Of a stretch of 45,274 nt of DNA, positions 1 through 9,080 are shown piece after piece; positions within the stretch are counted from its first letter, which is position 1; every line of letters begins with the position of its first letter. This DNA comes from Chitinivibrionales bacterium (GTDB taxonomy: Bacteria > Fibrobacterota > Chitinivibrionia > Chitinivibrionales > WJKA01), in NCBI GenBank assembly GCA_038247415.1, contig JBBRUX010000033.1, positions 1 to 45,274 of the forward strand, in the 5' to 3' direction. The notes below the pieces were generated by a model that was not told where the DNA came from, did no database searches, and saw nothing but the letters and a program-made list of their open reading frames with translations. The translations under genes and the position numbers were made by a program.

Positions 1-201
1 GAGTCTGTTTTTTTGAGTCGTAGGAACATGAGAAAAAGATATATCGATACAAAAGGAAAAGCAAGAGAAAATTTAATCTATGGGCACTACAAACGACTTT
101 CAAAATCAAAAATCAATGACTTACAGCTATTTTTATGAAAAGAAAGCTTTATGCATACCTTTTTTTTCAGTCTGGTGGTTGCTATGCGAAGGTTGGGCTA
201 A
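1..201 (-). mobile_element. Probable left end of an IS1634-family insertion sequence; transposase start (ATG at 29) runs off the window
   Basis: Minus strand from 29 reads MFLRLKKTD, which resembles IS1634 transposase N-termini. Motifs ggcactaca (83-91), aatcaatgacttac (111-124) and the terminal tgcgaaggttgggctaa (185-201) resemble IS1634 ends as I recall them; not searched. Confidence 0.45.
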
Positions 202-220
202 TTTGTGGAGAGGCATGTTC

Positions 221-337
221 CGGTCAAATAACTTGAGATTTGTCGGTCATTTTGCGTGAGATTCACCGGTCAAATTCAATGAGATTTGTCGGTCACTTTG
301 CGTGAGATTCACCGGTCACTTTGGATGAGATCGGCCA
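221..337. repeat. Five tandem 23-bp repeats ending in CA; probable IS21-family terminal repeat array
   Basis: Units start at 221, 244, 267, 290 and 313, consensus CGGTCA-N7-TGAGAT-N4. Units 1 and 3 end tgagatttgt; units 2 and 4 end gcgtgagattcac. The array ends in CA at 336-337. Confidence 0.75.
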
Positions 338-780
338 TTCGGTTTTCAGAGTGTCTTTTACAATACAATAAAATGATGCTATATCGGTGCTTTGAACGGA
401 GGCGATCTGAAATGCTGATAAGGTAGCCCCTGCAATTGCAGTTGAATTGCAATACCATTGGTACGATAGCCCGGTTCCTGTGGCAACAAGAAAAAATTCT
501 ACAGATTCACCCAACGATGTCTGGATGCTTTTTGGCTGCACATCGATTTTAGGCGAATCTATTACAGTAATAGCAAGTACAAAATCGGAGGTAGCCCAAT
601 TGTAGCTATTTAGTGCCGAAATCGTGTAGTTGGTTTGTGGTTGTTTTTGCGCAGGTTTTCCTGATACGATACCAAGTTGGCTCATTACCAAGCCGTCGGG
701 CAGTGGTGGAGAAACAAAAAATGTGTCGGCATCCCCGGTAAGGGTTGGCGAGAGCGGAGAGAATGTGCCGGTGTAAACGG
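338..780 (-). pseudogene. Internal fragment of a putative Ig (He_PIG-like) plus immunoglobulin-domain surface protein
   Basis: SPPLPDGL..GIVSGKP..NYTISALN followed by IDVQP..FFLVATGTGLSYQWY..FYCIV. The C-terminus of ORF 293..889 is read from the repeat array and its N-terminus from the GC-rich element. Confidence 0.65.
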
Positions 781-960
781 AGTGCCACCGGCAAGTGCGC
801 GAGGACTCAGGCGCGTAGGCGCCGCAAGGACGAATGCACCGGCTCGCGAAGCCAGAGCGTAGGAGGAGTTGCATCGGAAAATACCCCAAGGGTACTTCCT
901 TTGGGCGCCCGAAGGGGTGAGGCCCGACGGTGCTTTTGGCGCCGGCGTGCCAAAAGCAGA
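781..960. repeat. GC-rich multi-hairpin REP/MITE-like element
   Basis: Hairpins: ggcgc-gtag-gcgcc (810-823), ggct..agcc (841-853), cccaaggg..cctttggg (885-905) and tgcttttggc..gccaaaagca (931-958, perfect 10-bp stem). GCGTAGG occurs twice (813, 857). Confidence 0.5.
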
Positions 961-970
961 TATTCTTTTC

Positions 971-3900
971 CTATTTTAAAAACTCTCCAACTATAGAATC
1001 AATCCTCATACTAATCTTAACAGCCCCCACACTCCCCAAATGATTTGCATCAAGAGCATCCGCATCAGTAAAGTCATGATTTCCATAATTATTAGCATCA
1101 TAAAAATGAACAAACGGATTTGACAGTTCTATAGAGTGAACCCAAGAAACAATTTGAGAATAGGTGCTGCGGGAAGGGCCATATCTGCCGATGCTGTGGG
1201 TTTCTGCGTAGCGGGGATTTTCGGGGAAATGAATGAGCAATAGATGTACCGAATGCATGCGCGCTGTGTCGGCGAGGGCTTCTATTGCGCGCAGGATAGT
1301 GCTAACAGTGGTATCCGAAAGAGAGAAATCACCTTTGTCAACAACCGCTTCTCCCCAGCCATACGAGGGAATTGTATTGATGGTGAAACCGGACGAGTCA
1401 TATTCTTTCCAAGAGGAGGGCTCGAATGAATTAATCTTGGTTTGAATGGCGTTAGGTATTCCTGTTTTGTAAAAATTGTTTGATTTGTCAAATTCATACC
1501 CTTTAGAATCCTCAATACCATTAATTTGAGGCTTTCCTGAAAATCCAAAAGACATCCAGCCCGGATCAAGTTGCATTATAATAGTTTTAAGATTTGGCAT
1601 TTGAGTAAAGGCATAGTTCTGGGCGAGTTTTACAGAATTACCCGGGGCGCTTCCAAATGCAGACATATTGATTGCATTAAGGTTTTTTATATGCTGTGGA
1701 TTGACACCATACCATGTTGGCGAGCTTCCAAAAATAGCTCCTGTAATGTGGGTTCTTCTTGACCACAAAAGATGAAGTTTTTGATCGTAGGTAACTTGAC
1801 TGGGAGTTTGAACAGGAATGTTATATTCTGCAAATTGAGCGTACGGATCAATAAATTCGGGAAGTTTTTGAGGATCAATCCAGAGTGTCGGCTCCTGGAT
1901 TCCAACCCCTCTGGCGATTTCCAGATAGGTAGAATCTTTTAAGTTTATGATAAAAAGTGAATGTGTATCGTTGCGTGTTGACTTGCTGCAAGCGATAGCA
2001 AAGTCGGGGTGATTTGACCATTGCGGATTTATCCAAGCACAGTATCCTGATGGTACAACAAAAAAATGGGATACATGTTCAGTTGTCCAAAATTTCGAAT
2101 TGCAAATAAAAATAATTTCGCCAGCCTTGTAGGGCCTTCCAACAAGTCGGCTGGTTTTTGAATATCCTGTATCTAAAAACATGAGTTCGTCGGTTATGGT
2201 ACTTGATGGCGTTATAGATGCTTCGAACTCAAATGTGGATGTGTCTTGCCCATTTTGGGGATTGAGAAAATAAAAGATATTAGTATCTCCGATTTGTCTA
2301 TCGATGAGTTTCGCGATAGGTCCGGAAGTTCCTAGAAATCGCCCATCTTTAGATAAACCAGCATAATAAGAACCTTTAGTGTAAAGAATTTCCAGTGCAT
2401 TTGTCAGAATGCCCCCCGAGAATGCCCTTTTGTAGGTTTTTTCGTTCGCCCAAGTGCCCTGGTTATTAGAAGATATTCCGTCAGTATAGATGATCGAGGT
2501 GTCCTGTGAGAGAGGCGAAACCCAGAAATGGGGCATTTGGGCATTTTCACCGGGAGCTGTGATAAAAGTAGCCGTGCTTGGCTGGGTGATAGGCCGAATG
2601 GTAATGGTAGATGCCCGAAAGTTTCCTCGATTCTGTGAACTATACGCGATGGTATTACCATCGGGAGAGATGGCAGGATGAGATACTAGGCATGAGTCGG
2701 GGAGTGTCTGAATCGTTTTTCCGGTTGATCCAAAGTCAATATAATGGAGTGTCTGAGTTGTTGATGTTTTTTTAATAAGGGCTATCTTTATAGTGCTTGT
2801 TCCAATGAATGCAGCAATACTATTGTTGTCGGCCACCATTTTTATTCCGAGGGTATCGGCAGGAGGCTTAGTTGGCGTGTGCGAAGTATCGGGTGTAAAT
2901 GATCCAAGAACGGTTCTAAATCCAATATCGTCCATAGTCGAGTATGCAGGGGTGTCGTAAGATCCTTTGCGAACAGCACTTCTAAGATATGACGTTCCCT
3001 GTTTAAATGAGCCCCCTTTTATAGGCATCCGGTGTGGGCTGGAATATCCTTCGGAAATGCGCGAAACAGGATTAATGCGCGGTGACGAAGTGTAGTTGTC
3101 CAGGGTATCTGCAACCCACTCTGCAACATTGCCGCACATATCGAATAAGCCATACGCATTAGATTTCTTTTGGCCACCAGCGTTTGCGATGCTGCTTGAA
3201 TTCTCGAAGTACCAAGCATAATCGTCGGGCAATGACGATGCATCACTCCAATAGGCATCTCCGGTTGTTCCTCCGCGACAAGCAAATTCCCATTCTGCCT
3301 CGGTCGGGAGGCGGTATCCAAATCTAGTGTAGTGGATGCTCAGGTTTTCGAGAAAAAATGGGCACGCAATAGTTTTATCGCAGATGCTTGTATACGTATA
3401 AACTGTATCATAGCCCTGCGATTTACTTCTGGCATTGCAAAATAGAACGGCATCGTACCAGGAAACGCGGGAAATGGGAGTTGCGAGTGCAGCTTCTGTT
3501 TCTGTGCTTGGTGTGCTTGGGTTTCCATGCATGAGAGTTTTATACAGTTTTTGGGTAATTTCACATCGATCCATAAAAAAATCATACGTAAAGGTAACCC
3601 GATGTTGGGGAGTCTCGAACTCCTGAGTCTGTTTCGATGAAGATCCCATTGTAAATGTTTTATTACGAGCTGGGATAGCTACCAGTGCAGAATCAGGAGA
3701 AATTTGCCTGAATTGTGCAGTAATGGAGGTGTTTTGCGTAAGGCTAAATTTGAGCACTGCGTTTGTACTTGCGTAAGTCCCTGCAAAACCTATGAAAATA
3801 TTGCCACTATCAGCTTTTGCAGTAATGGTGATTGGTGTGCCCTTAGGGAGAATGCTATCAGAGGGAGAAATGCTAATTATACCATTTCCTTCGCGTAGTA

Positions 3901-4003
3901 CCTTAAAAGAAAGGACGTCGTTGGGGTGGGTTGGATACCTCAGACAAGACCCAAAGGTTCCCAACGCGACAGCAATAATCAAAATTTTAAAGGACATAGC
4001 CAT
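971..4003 (-). CDS. TIGR02171-like lipoprotein: B-repeat/Ig-like domain, FGE-sulfatase (SUMF1)-like domain, TolB-like propeller region, C-terminal SGNH/DltD-like domain
   Basis: Lipobox GTFGSC. FGE-fold motifs FTMGS, RLPTEAEWEFACRGG, NAYGLFDMCGNVAEW, KGGSF, IGFRTV. HPAISPDG and PQWSNHPDF; C-terminal GSS and DANHL. Confidence 0.8.
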   Translation of the reverse strand: MAMSFKILIIAVALGTFGSCLRYPTHPNDVLSFKVLREGNGIISISPSDSILPKGTPITITAKADSGNIFIGFAGTYASTNAVLKFSLTQNTSITAQFRQISPDSALVAIPARNKTFTMGSSSKQTQEFETPQHRVTFTYDFFMDRCEITQKLYKTLMHGNPSTPSTETEAALATPISRVSWYDAVLFCNARSKSQGYDTVYTYTSICDKTIACPFFLENLSIHYTRFGYRLPTEAEWEFACRGGTTGDAYWSDASSLPDDYAWYFENSSSIANAGGQKKSNAYGLFDMCGNVAEWVADTLDNYTSSPRINPVSRISEGYSSPHRMPIKGGSFKQGTSYLRSAVRKGSYDTPAYSTMDDIGFRTVLGSFTPDTSHTPTKPPADTLGIKMVADNNSIAAFIGTSTIKIALIKKTSTTQTLHYIDFGSTGKTIQTLPDSCLVSHPAISPDGNTIAYSSQNRGNFRASTITIRPITQPSTATFITAPGENAQMPHFWVSPLSQDTSIIYTDGISSNNQGTWANEKTYKRAFSGGILTNALEILYTKGSYYAGLSKDGRFLGTSGPIAKLIDRQIGDTNIFYFLNPQNGQDTSTFEFEASITPSSTITDELMFLDTGYSKTSRLVGRPYKAGEIIFICNSKFWTTEHVSHFFVVPSGYCAWINPQWSNHPDFAIACSKSTRNDTHSLFIINLKDSTYLEIARGVGIQEPTLWIDPQKLPEFIDPYAQFAEYNIPVQTPSQVTYDQKLHLLWSRRTHITGAIFGSSPTWYGVNPQHIKNLNAINMSAFGSAPGNSVKLAQNYAFTQMPNLKTIIMQLDPGWMSFGFSGKPQINGIEDSKGYEFDKSNNFYKTGIPNAIQTKINSFEPSSWKEYDSSGFTINTIPSYGWGEAVVDKGDFSLSDTTVSTILRAIEALADTARMHSVHLLLIHFPENPRYAETHSIGRYGPSRSTYSQIVSWVHSIELSNPFVHFYDANNYGNHDFTDADALDANHLGSVGAVKISMRIDSIVGEFLK

Positions 4004-4201
4004 GTGGATACTTCACTTCTTTGCTAAAGAATGAGTTTCTTCGATGCAAGGAGCTTAAGGCATAGAAATTCTCAAATAATAATATACGATATAATGCTTA
4101 AATAGGGGCCATTCTCGGAGTTTTTACAGTACAGGGCAAAAAAATGTTAAAAATCGGGATTTTTAAAAGTTCTTTATTGAGAAACAATTATTTTTACACG
4201 G

Positions 4202-4210
4202 TGATATAAT
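4202..4210 (+). promoter_or_regulatory. Candidate extended -10 sigma-70 promoter
   Basis: TG-a-TATAAT about 60 bp upstream of the ADP-ribosylglycohydrolase start. Confidence 0.35.
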
Positions 4211-4272
4211 GTTCTATCTGGATTGATTATCAGCAATTCACAGTGGTTTGTAACCAGAAAAGGGGTAGATGT

Positions 4273-5733
4273 ATGACTTCTCAGGATTGGAGTTTTTTGC
4301 GTCGGCTTGTTAAATTTGAATTTAAGCAGGCTCGTCAAGAAGGAAAAGATTTAGCAAAGATCGACGCTATCGAAAAGGCATTTTCAGATGAAGCCGGTTC
4401 CGATCACGACAAATTGACTTCGTTTTGGGATAGGCTGTATGAAGTCCCTCAAAGTGCCGATTTCCCCTTCACCGAACCTGATGACCTTGAAACCATTAAG
4501 AAACTTCGTCCCTCTTCCGTTGCGCTTCCTGGTATCACCTACGATTCAAGCGAACTTTACAATAAGGAGTACGGGGCATGGATAGGTCGAAGTGCTGGGT
4601 GTGCGCTTGGTAAACCAGTTGAAGTATGTACTGCCGTTGCTGATGATGATCCAAAAAGTGGGCAGATGAAGATAAAGGAGTTTATGCATCTCTTTGGGGC
4701 GCATGAATATCCCATCAATAATTATATCCCCTTGCGTGAACCGCAGCCCAAAGATCCTCTCAAGCTTATCTGTCCTGAATGTTCGCGTGAACAGATCGCT
4801 TATATGCAAGAAGATGATGATATTCGCTATACCATCATTGGTCAAATCGTTCTGCTCGAAAACGGATCAGCGTTTACAAGTGATCATGTCATGAAAACCT
4901 GGATGAAAAATTTACCCTATCAATGGATTTGCACTGCCGAAGCGATAAGCTATCGCAATTTAGCATGGCGCTATTCTGTCATGTGCGGCGAGTGGTCTAA
5001 GCCAAAGGTCGATTGGGAGTGGGTGTCGACCTATCAGAATCCATGGCGAGAATGGATTGGTGCTCAAATTCGGCCCGATTCGTATGGGTATGCATGTCCT
5101 GGCAATCCTGAATTAGCTGCAGAATTTGCATGGCGCGACGCTCGCATCAGTCATAGGAAAAATGGTATTTACGGATCAATGTTCGCATCAGCAATGATTG
5201 CTGCTGCTTTTGCAACGAACGATGTTTCCTTAGTTGTTAAGGCCGGTTTGGCTCAGATTCCAAAAACTTCTCGTTTGTATGCCGATATTGTTAAGGTTAT
5301 CGAAATCTGCGCAAAATATAACAATGATCCGTCGCGGTTTGAAGATGCATTGACAGAAGTAAATGCATTGCTTCGTCATTATGGTACCGTACATACCAAC
5401 AGCAATGCTGGTATTTGTGCTGCTGCAGTGTTGCTTGGTCAGGGAGATTTTGAGAAGACTATTACTATTGCAGTTATGGCAGGTCTTGACACCGATTGCA
5501 ATGGTGCAACGGTTGGATCAATTTGTGGGGCTATGGTTGGTTCTCAAAATATTCCCGGCAAATGGAAAAATCCGCTTAACGATACCATCAAGGGACAAAT
5601 TGTTGGGTATCATCCTATTGGTATTTCGGAATGCGCAGATCGGGCAATGAAGACTGTCGAAATTGTAAAGAATAATACAGGGAAGGCTCAACCTTTAAGC
5701 TGGCTTCCCGATGACCTGATTTTAGAGGGATGA
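4273..5733 (+). CDS. ADP-ribosylglycohydrolase (DraG/ARH) family protein
   Basis: GAWIGRSAGCALGKPVE, EDDDIRYT, WIGAQIR.D, RDARISH..NG.YG and GLDTDCNGATVGS motifs. ATG at 4273 follows an AGGGG SD. Confidence 0.88.
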   Translation: MTSQDWSFLRRLVKFEFKQARQEGKDLAKIDAIEKAFSDEAGSDHDKLTSFWDRLYEVPQSADFPFTEPDDLETIKKLRPSSVALPGITYDSSELYNKEYGAWIGRSAGCALGKPVEVCTAVADDDPKSGQMKIKEFMHLFGAHEYPINNYIPLREPQPKDPLKLICPECSREQIAYMQEDDDIRYTIIGQIVLLENGSAFTSDHVMKTWMKNLPYQWICTAEAISYRNLAWRYSVMCGEWSKPKVDWEWVSTYQNPWREWIGAQIRPDSYGYACPGNPELAAEFAWRDARISHRKNGIYGSMFASAMIAAAFATNDVSLVVKAGLAQIPKTSRLYADIVKVIEICAKYNNDPSRFEDALTEVNALLRHYGTVHTNSNAGICAAAVLLGQGDFEKTITIAVMAGLDTDCNGATVGSICGAMVGSQNIPGKWKNPLNDTIKGQIVGYHPIGISECADRAMKTVEIVKNNTGKAQPLSWLPDDLILEG

Positions 5734-5746
5734 TGAGAGGAAATTT

Positions 5747-5779
5747 CCAATCTCCGCTCTTGATGCGGGGATTGGTTTC
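5747..5779 (+). terminator. Putative intrinsic terminator or stabilising hairpin
   Basis: ccaatctccgc (5747-5757) pairs with gcggggattgg (5765-5775, one G-U), followed by tttc. Confidence 0.5.
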
Positions 5780-5861
5780 ATGCTATTGCAACGTGTCTTG
5801 AGATTAATTGTTGCTCTATAAAACAAAACGCGCCTTGTTAAATTTTACAATAAAGGAATTG

Positions 5862-8800
5862 ATGCGTATGTATTCTCGAGAACTTCCTCCATTTGGTATC
5901 TCTGACGATTATGCCCGCGACTTGCGCAGGATTACCCTCGCAGGACAAACCCGGGACGGGTCATTGGAAATGCGTGCATACCTTAAAGGAATTATCGAGA
6001 ATGCCGCTTCGCATAGAATCAAGCATGGGTATGCCCTGTGGGCACTTGATCAGATTGAAGGTAATCATGCGACTAGGCCGCGCAATGAATTCCATGTTGA
6101 CACAAGGCATAAACAAGCATCAGATGTAAATAAAGGTTCTCAAGAATTGCCTTTTAAGACTATTCAAAAGGCTGCGCTTGTTGCGCGAGCAGGAGACAGC
6201 GTTATTGTTCACGAAGGAGAATATCGCGAATGCGTTAGCCCTTGTTGCAGCGGAGTTTCTGCGCAGCTCCCTATTGTTTATAGGGCTGCTTTGGGCGAAA
6301 AGGTGACAATCAAGGCGTCTGATCTGATAAACTCCCCGTGGACTGCCCACGGTGATGGCTGTTATTCTACTCCTTATACTCCCCTTCCATGGGATACGCC
6401 AGAATTGGGTTCCGAAAATCATCCTACGAGCAGATGTGAACAGGTTTTTGCTGAAGGTGTTTTGTTACAACATGTTGCTACACAAGAACTATTACGAAAA
6501 ACTTCTGGATCAATGTGGATCGACGATGAGCGAGGTGTTATTGTTGTTCATTGTAAATCTGAATTAGATCCAGCAACAATTGTTATGGAGCGGTCGGTGA
6601 GGCCGCAATGTTTGGTGCCACTCGTTCGTGGAATTGACCATATACACATTTTGGGTTTTACCATGATCGGCGGTGCAAGTTTCCAGTGGACAGGTGGCAA
6701 TTGGCATCATATTGACCAGATGGCTACCGTAAGTGTCGATGGTGGGCGGTATTGGTTGATTGAGGGCAATACAATCGAATGGGGAAACGCCCAGGGTTTA
6801 AATATTGGTGTGGGTGGCTTCTCAGATCCCCGGGGCCCTGTCCCCCTGGTACATGCGCCTGTTGAAAGGATGGATATGCTTTTCAGTGAGCGGTACAAAG
6901 GCATGGGAGGCAATAACAGTGCGCGAAATAATATAGTTCGGTATCACGGAATTGCAGGCATTGTTGCTATTAATGGTACCCATAATCTTGTGATTGAGGG
7001 GAATGATGTCAGTTATAATTGTCAAAAGAATAATGCTGGCACATGTGAAGAAGCGGGGATAAAAATTCATTGGATGTGTGATGGCATCCTTCGCAATAAT
7101 ACCGTATGTGATAATGATGCCTATGGAATCTGGCTTGACGCTGGCTGCGAAAGAAATAGAATAACCGGCAATCTGTTGATAAATAATAATAACCATGCGA
7201 TCTTTCATGAAATTAGTGAAGGCCCGTTGCTTGTGGATAATAATGTTATTATTGATACGAGGAAAGATCCGGCTTCGTGCGGGTTTTACACGCATGATGG
7301 AAATCATGCTACAATCATTAACAATGTTATAATGGGGCCACATCTTGGGGTACGAGTGCGTGCTTTGTTTCATCGCAAATGGGGGGACCGCTACACAACT
7401 ACTAATAGCAATCATTTTTATAATAATATTATCGATAATTGCTCCCAAGGGTGTATTTCACTCATGCCTGAGGTTCCTCGATGTGAGGACAACGTAAGTG
7501 ATTGCAATGTTTTTTGGTTTAATGGTAAGCCTCCTTTTGTGAGGATCGAAAATACGAGTGACGTTGGATTGGTATGGGAGAATTCTACTCTTGGTAAAGC
7601 TCTTGGATTTGTGGGCGGTGGGGATAAGGAAATTCGGTTATCAGATTGGGCCCGCTACGAAGGCAAGGATACTCATTCGCTTGAGCTTCCTGCATTTCAG
7701 ATTCTTGGTACAAAAGATCCAGAACAAATGCGAGCAAAATTATTGGCCGCCTGGAAGCGTTTAGGGTGTGATGATGCTCAAGGCTATTTTGATGCAAAGC
7801 CCTTTTTGGTTTCTGATTGGTTAACTGCGCTGGAACCCAAGCTTGCTGGTTGCGCACTGGTGCGAACCGTTTTTACAGGGCCTGCTTGTGGTTTTGCAGT
7901 CTGGACTACCCCACAAGGACATGCTATAATTCGATGGAATGGGGATTCTATGGGTCCTCTGGAATCTGATGTTCCTTTACCCCTTGCGAGTGAAATTGTC
8001 AAGTCTGATGTGATTATTCCAACACTTGCTTCGGGGGAAACGGTAGTTATTCCGGTGGCACGCGGTACTGCCATTATTGAAAGCTGCTTATCGGCATCTA
8101 GTGCACAGGGAAAACTTACTATTGCTCTAGATGCTTCTGCAGCAGCGGGCGAATATGGAATTGTTTTTGGTAAACAAGGTCAAGCTCAAGAAGCTCGATT
8201 TCAGATAGCGCCAGCATGCACCCTTGACGATTGCACAGCAATCAGAGAAGGAGGTAATGCGATAGTTACGAGTTTGTCAAATAATAGTTCCCAAGCTCGC
8301 ACCGGTACTGTTTCGGTTGCCCTTGGCGGTGTTCAAAATACTTTGTCGGTTACGCTAGAGCCACACTCCAAAAAAGATGTCCCTGTGCTTATAGACTTTG
8401 ATGGCGCAGACAACGCGGTGGTAACAGCCCAATTTGGTGAGACTGTTTTAACACAGAAAAAAATTGTCAGCTTTGCAGTTGCGCGTCGACAGGATGCATG
8501 GGAAGATTGTCCATTGTATGATATCAATTCATTTCCCAATGGCCCCTTTCCCGAAGGTGTTGCTTTTAATATTTTGTATTTGGGCCGTTTGTATGTCGGG
8601 TTCCGCGTTCGTTATAGTGAAGCCGGTTTACATGTACGCGTTGAGGCGAAACATCCGATTCATAGAGCTTTTCGATCGGATCCCGATGGTATTCATTGTC
8701 ATGATGGTATCAAAATTGGGTTAAAAGGACAAGCCGGCGATCGCGCAACTGTTATAGGTATGGCTCTTAGGTCCGATACCGGAGAACAGGTGTGTGGTTT

Positions 8801-9080
8801 CAATAAAACTGCCAAAGAGAAAGAGTATCCCATTGGCCAAAGTACGGTTGTAGATTTTTCAATATCAAGAATAGATCAGCTCACAACCTATGATGTATTA
8901 ATAACCTGGGATATGATCAATAGAACCGGTCCGCCAAAGCCACATACCACAATTCCTTTTAGTATTATGGTAAGTAAAGATGATGATGGCGAAAATTATG
9001 GGCTGCAATGGTTTTATGGAATTAAATATGATGCCCACGAAGGCGATGAGTCATGGATGGGGCGGCTTTGGTTTGAGTGA
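5862..9080 (+). CDS. Right-handed parallel beta-helix protein (DUF1565/GH120-like N-region) with C-terminal CBM9-like sugar-binding domain; no signal peptide
   Basis: GSQELPFKTIQKAA..A.AGD.V.VHEGEYRE; AGIKIH..NN..GIWLD..N.ITGN helix repeats; C-terminal TTYDVLITW..IPFSIMVSKDD. AAGGAA SD precedes ATG 5862/5868. Confidence 0.75.
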   Translation: MRMYSRELPPFGISDDYARDLRRITLAGQTRDGSLEMRAYLKGIIENAASHRIKHGYALWALDQIEGNHATRPRNEFHVDTRHKQASDVNKGSQELPFKTIQKAALVARAGDSVIVHEGEYRECVSPCCSGVSAQLPIVYRAALGEKVTIKASDLINSPWTAHGDGCYSTPYTPLPWDTPELGSENHPTSRCEQVFAEGVLLQHVATQELLRKTSGSMWIDDERGVIVVHCKSELDPATIVMERSVRPQCLVPLVRGIDHIHILGFTMIGGASFQWTGGNWHHIDQMATVSVDGGRYWLIEGNTIEWGNAQGLNIGVGGFSDPRGPVPLVHAPVERMDMLFSERYKGMGGNNSARNNIVRYHGIAGIVAINGTHNLVIEGNDVSYNCQKNNAGTCEEAGIKIHWMCDGILRNNTVCDNDAYGIWLDAGCERNRITGNLLINNNNHAIFHEISEGPLLVDNNVIIDTRKDPASCGFYTHDGNHATIINNVIMGPHLGVRVRALFHRKWGDRYTTTNSNHFYNNIIDNCSQGCISLMPEVPRCEDNVSDCNVFWFNGKPPFVRIENTSDVGLVWENSTLGKALGFVGGGDKEIRLSDWARYEGKDTHSLELPAFQILGTKDPEQMRAKLLAAWKRLGCDDAQGYFDAKPFLVSDWLTALEPKLAGCALVRTVFTGPACGFAVWTTPQGHAIIRWNGDSMGPLESDVPLPLASEIVKSDVIIPTLASGETVVIPVARGTAIIESCLSASSAQGKLTIALDASAAAGEYGIVFGKQGQAQEARFQIAPACTLDDCTAIREGGNAIVTSLSNNSSQARTGTVSVALGGVQNTLSVTLEPHSKKDVPVLIDFDGADNAVVTAQFGETVLTQKKIVSFAVARRQDAWEDCPLYDINSFPNGPFPEGVAFNILYLGRLYVGFRVRYSEAGLHVRVEAKHPIHRAFRSDPDGIHCHDGIKIGLKGQAGDRATVIGMALRSDTGEQVCGFNKTAKEKEYPIGQSTVVDFSISRIDQLTTYDVLITWDMINRTGPPKPHTTIPFSIMVSKDDDGENYGLQWFYGIKYDAHEGDESWMGRLWFE

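Noticed and set aside
221..337. CRISPR array
   Set aside because: Units are contiguous 23-mers with no unique spacers, and there are no cas genes in the window.
2900..3700. Active formylglycine-generating enzyme
   Set aside because: The catalytic cysteine pair is absent; the domain is an FGE-like fold within a lipoprotein.
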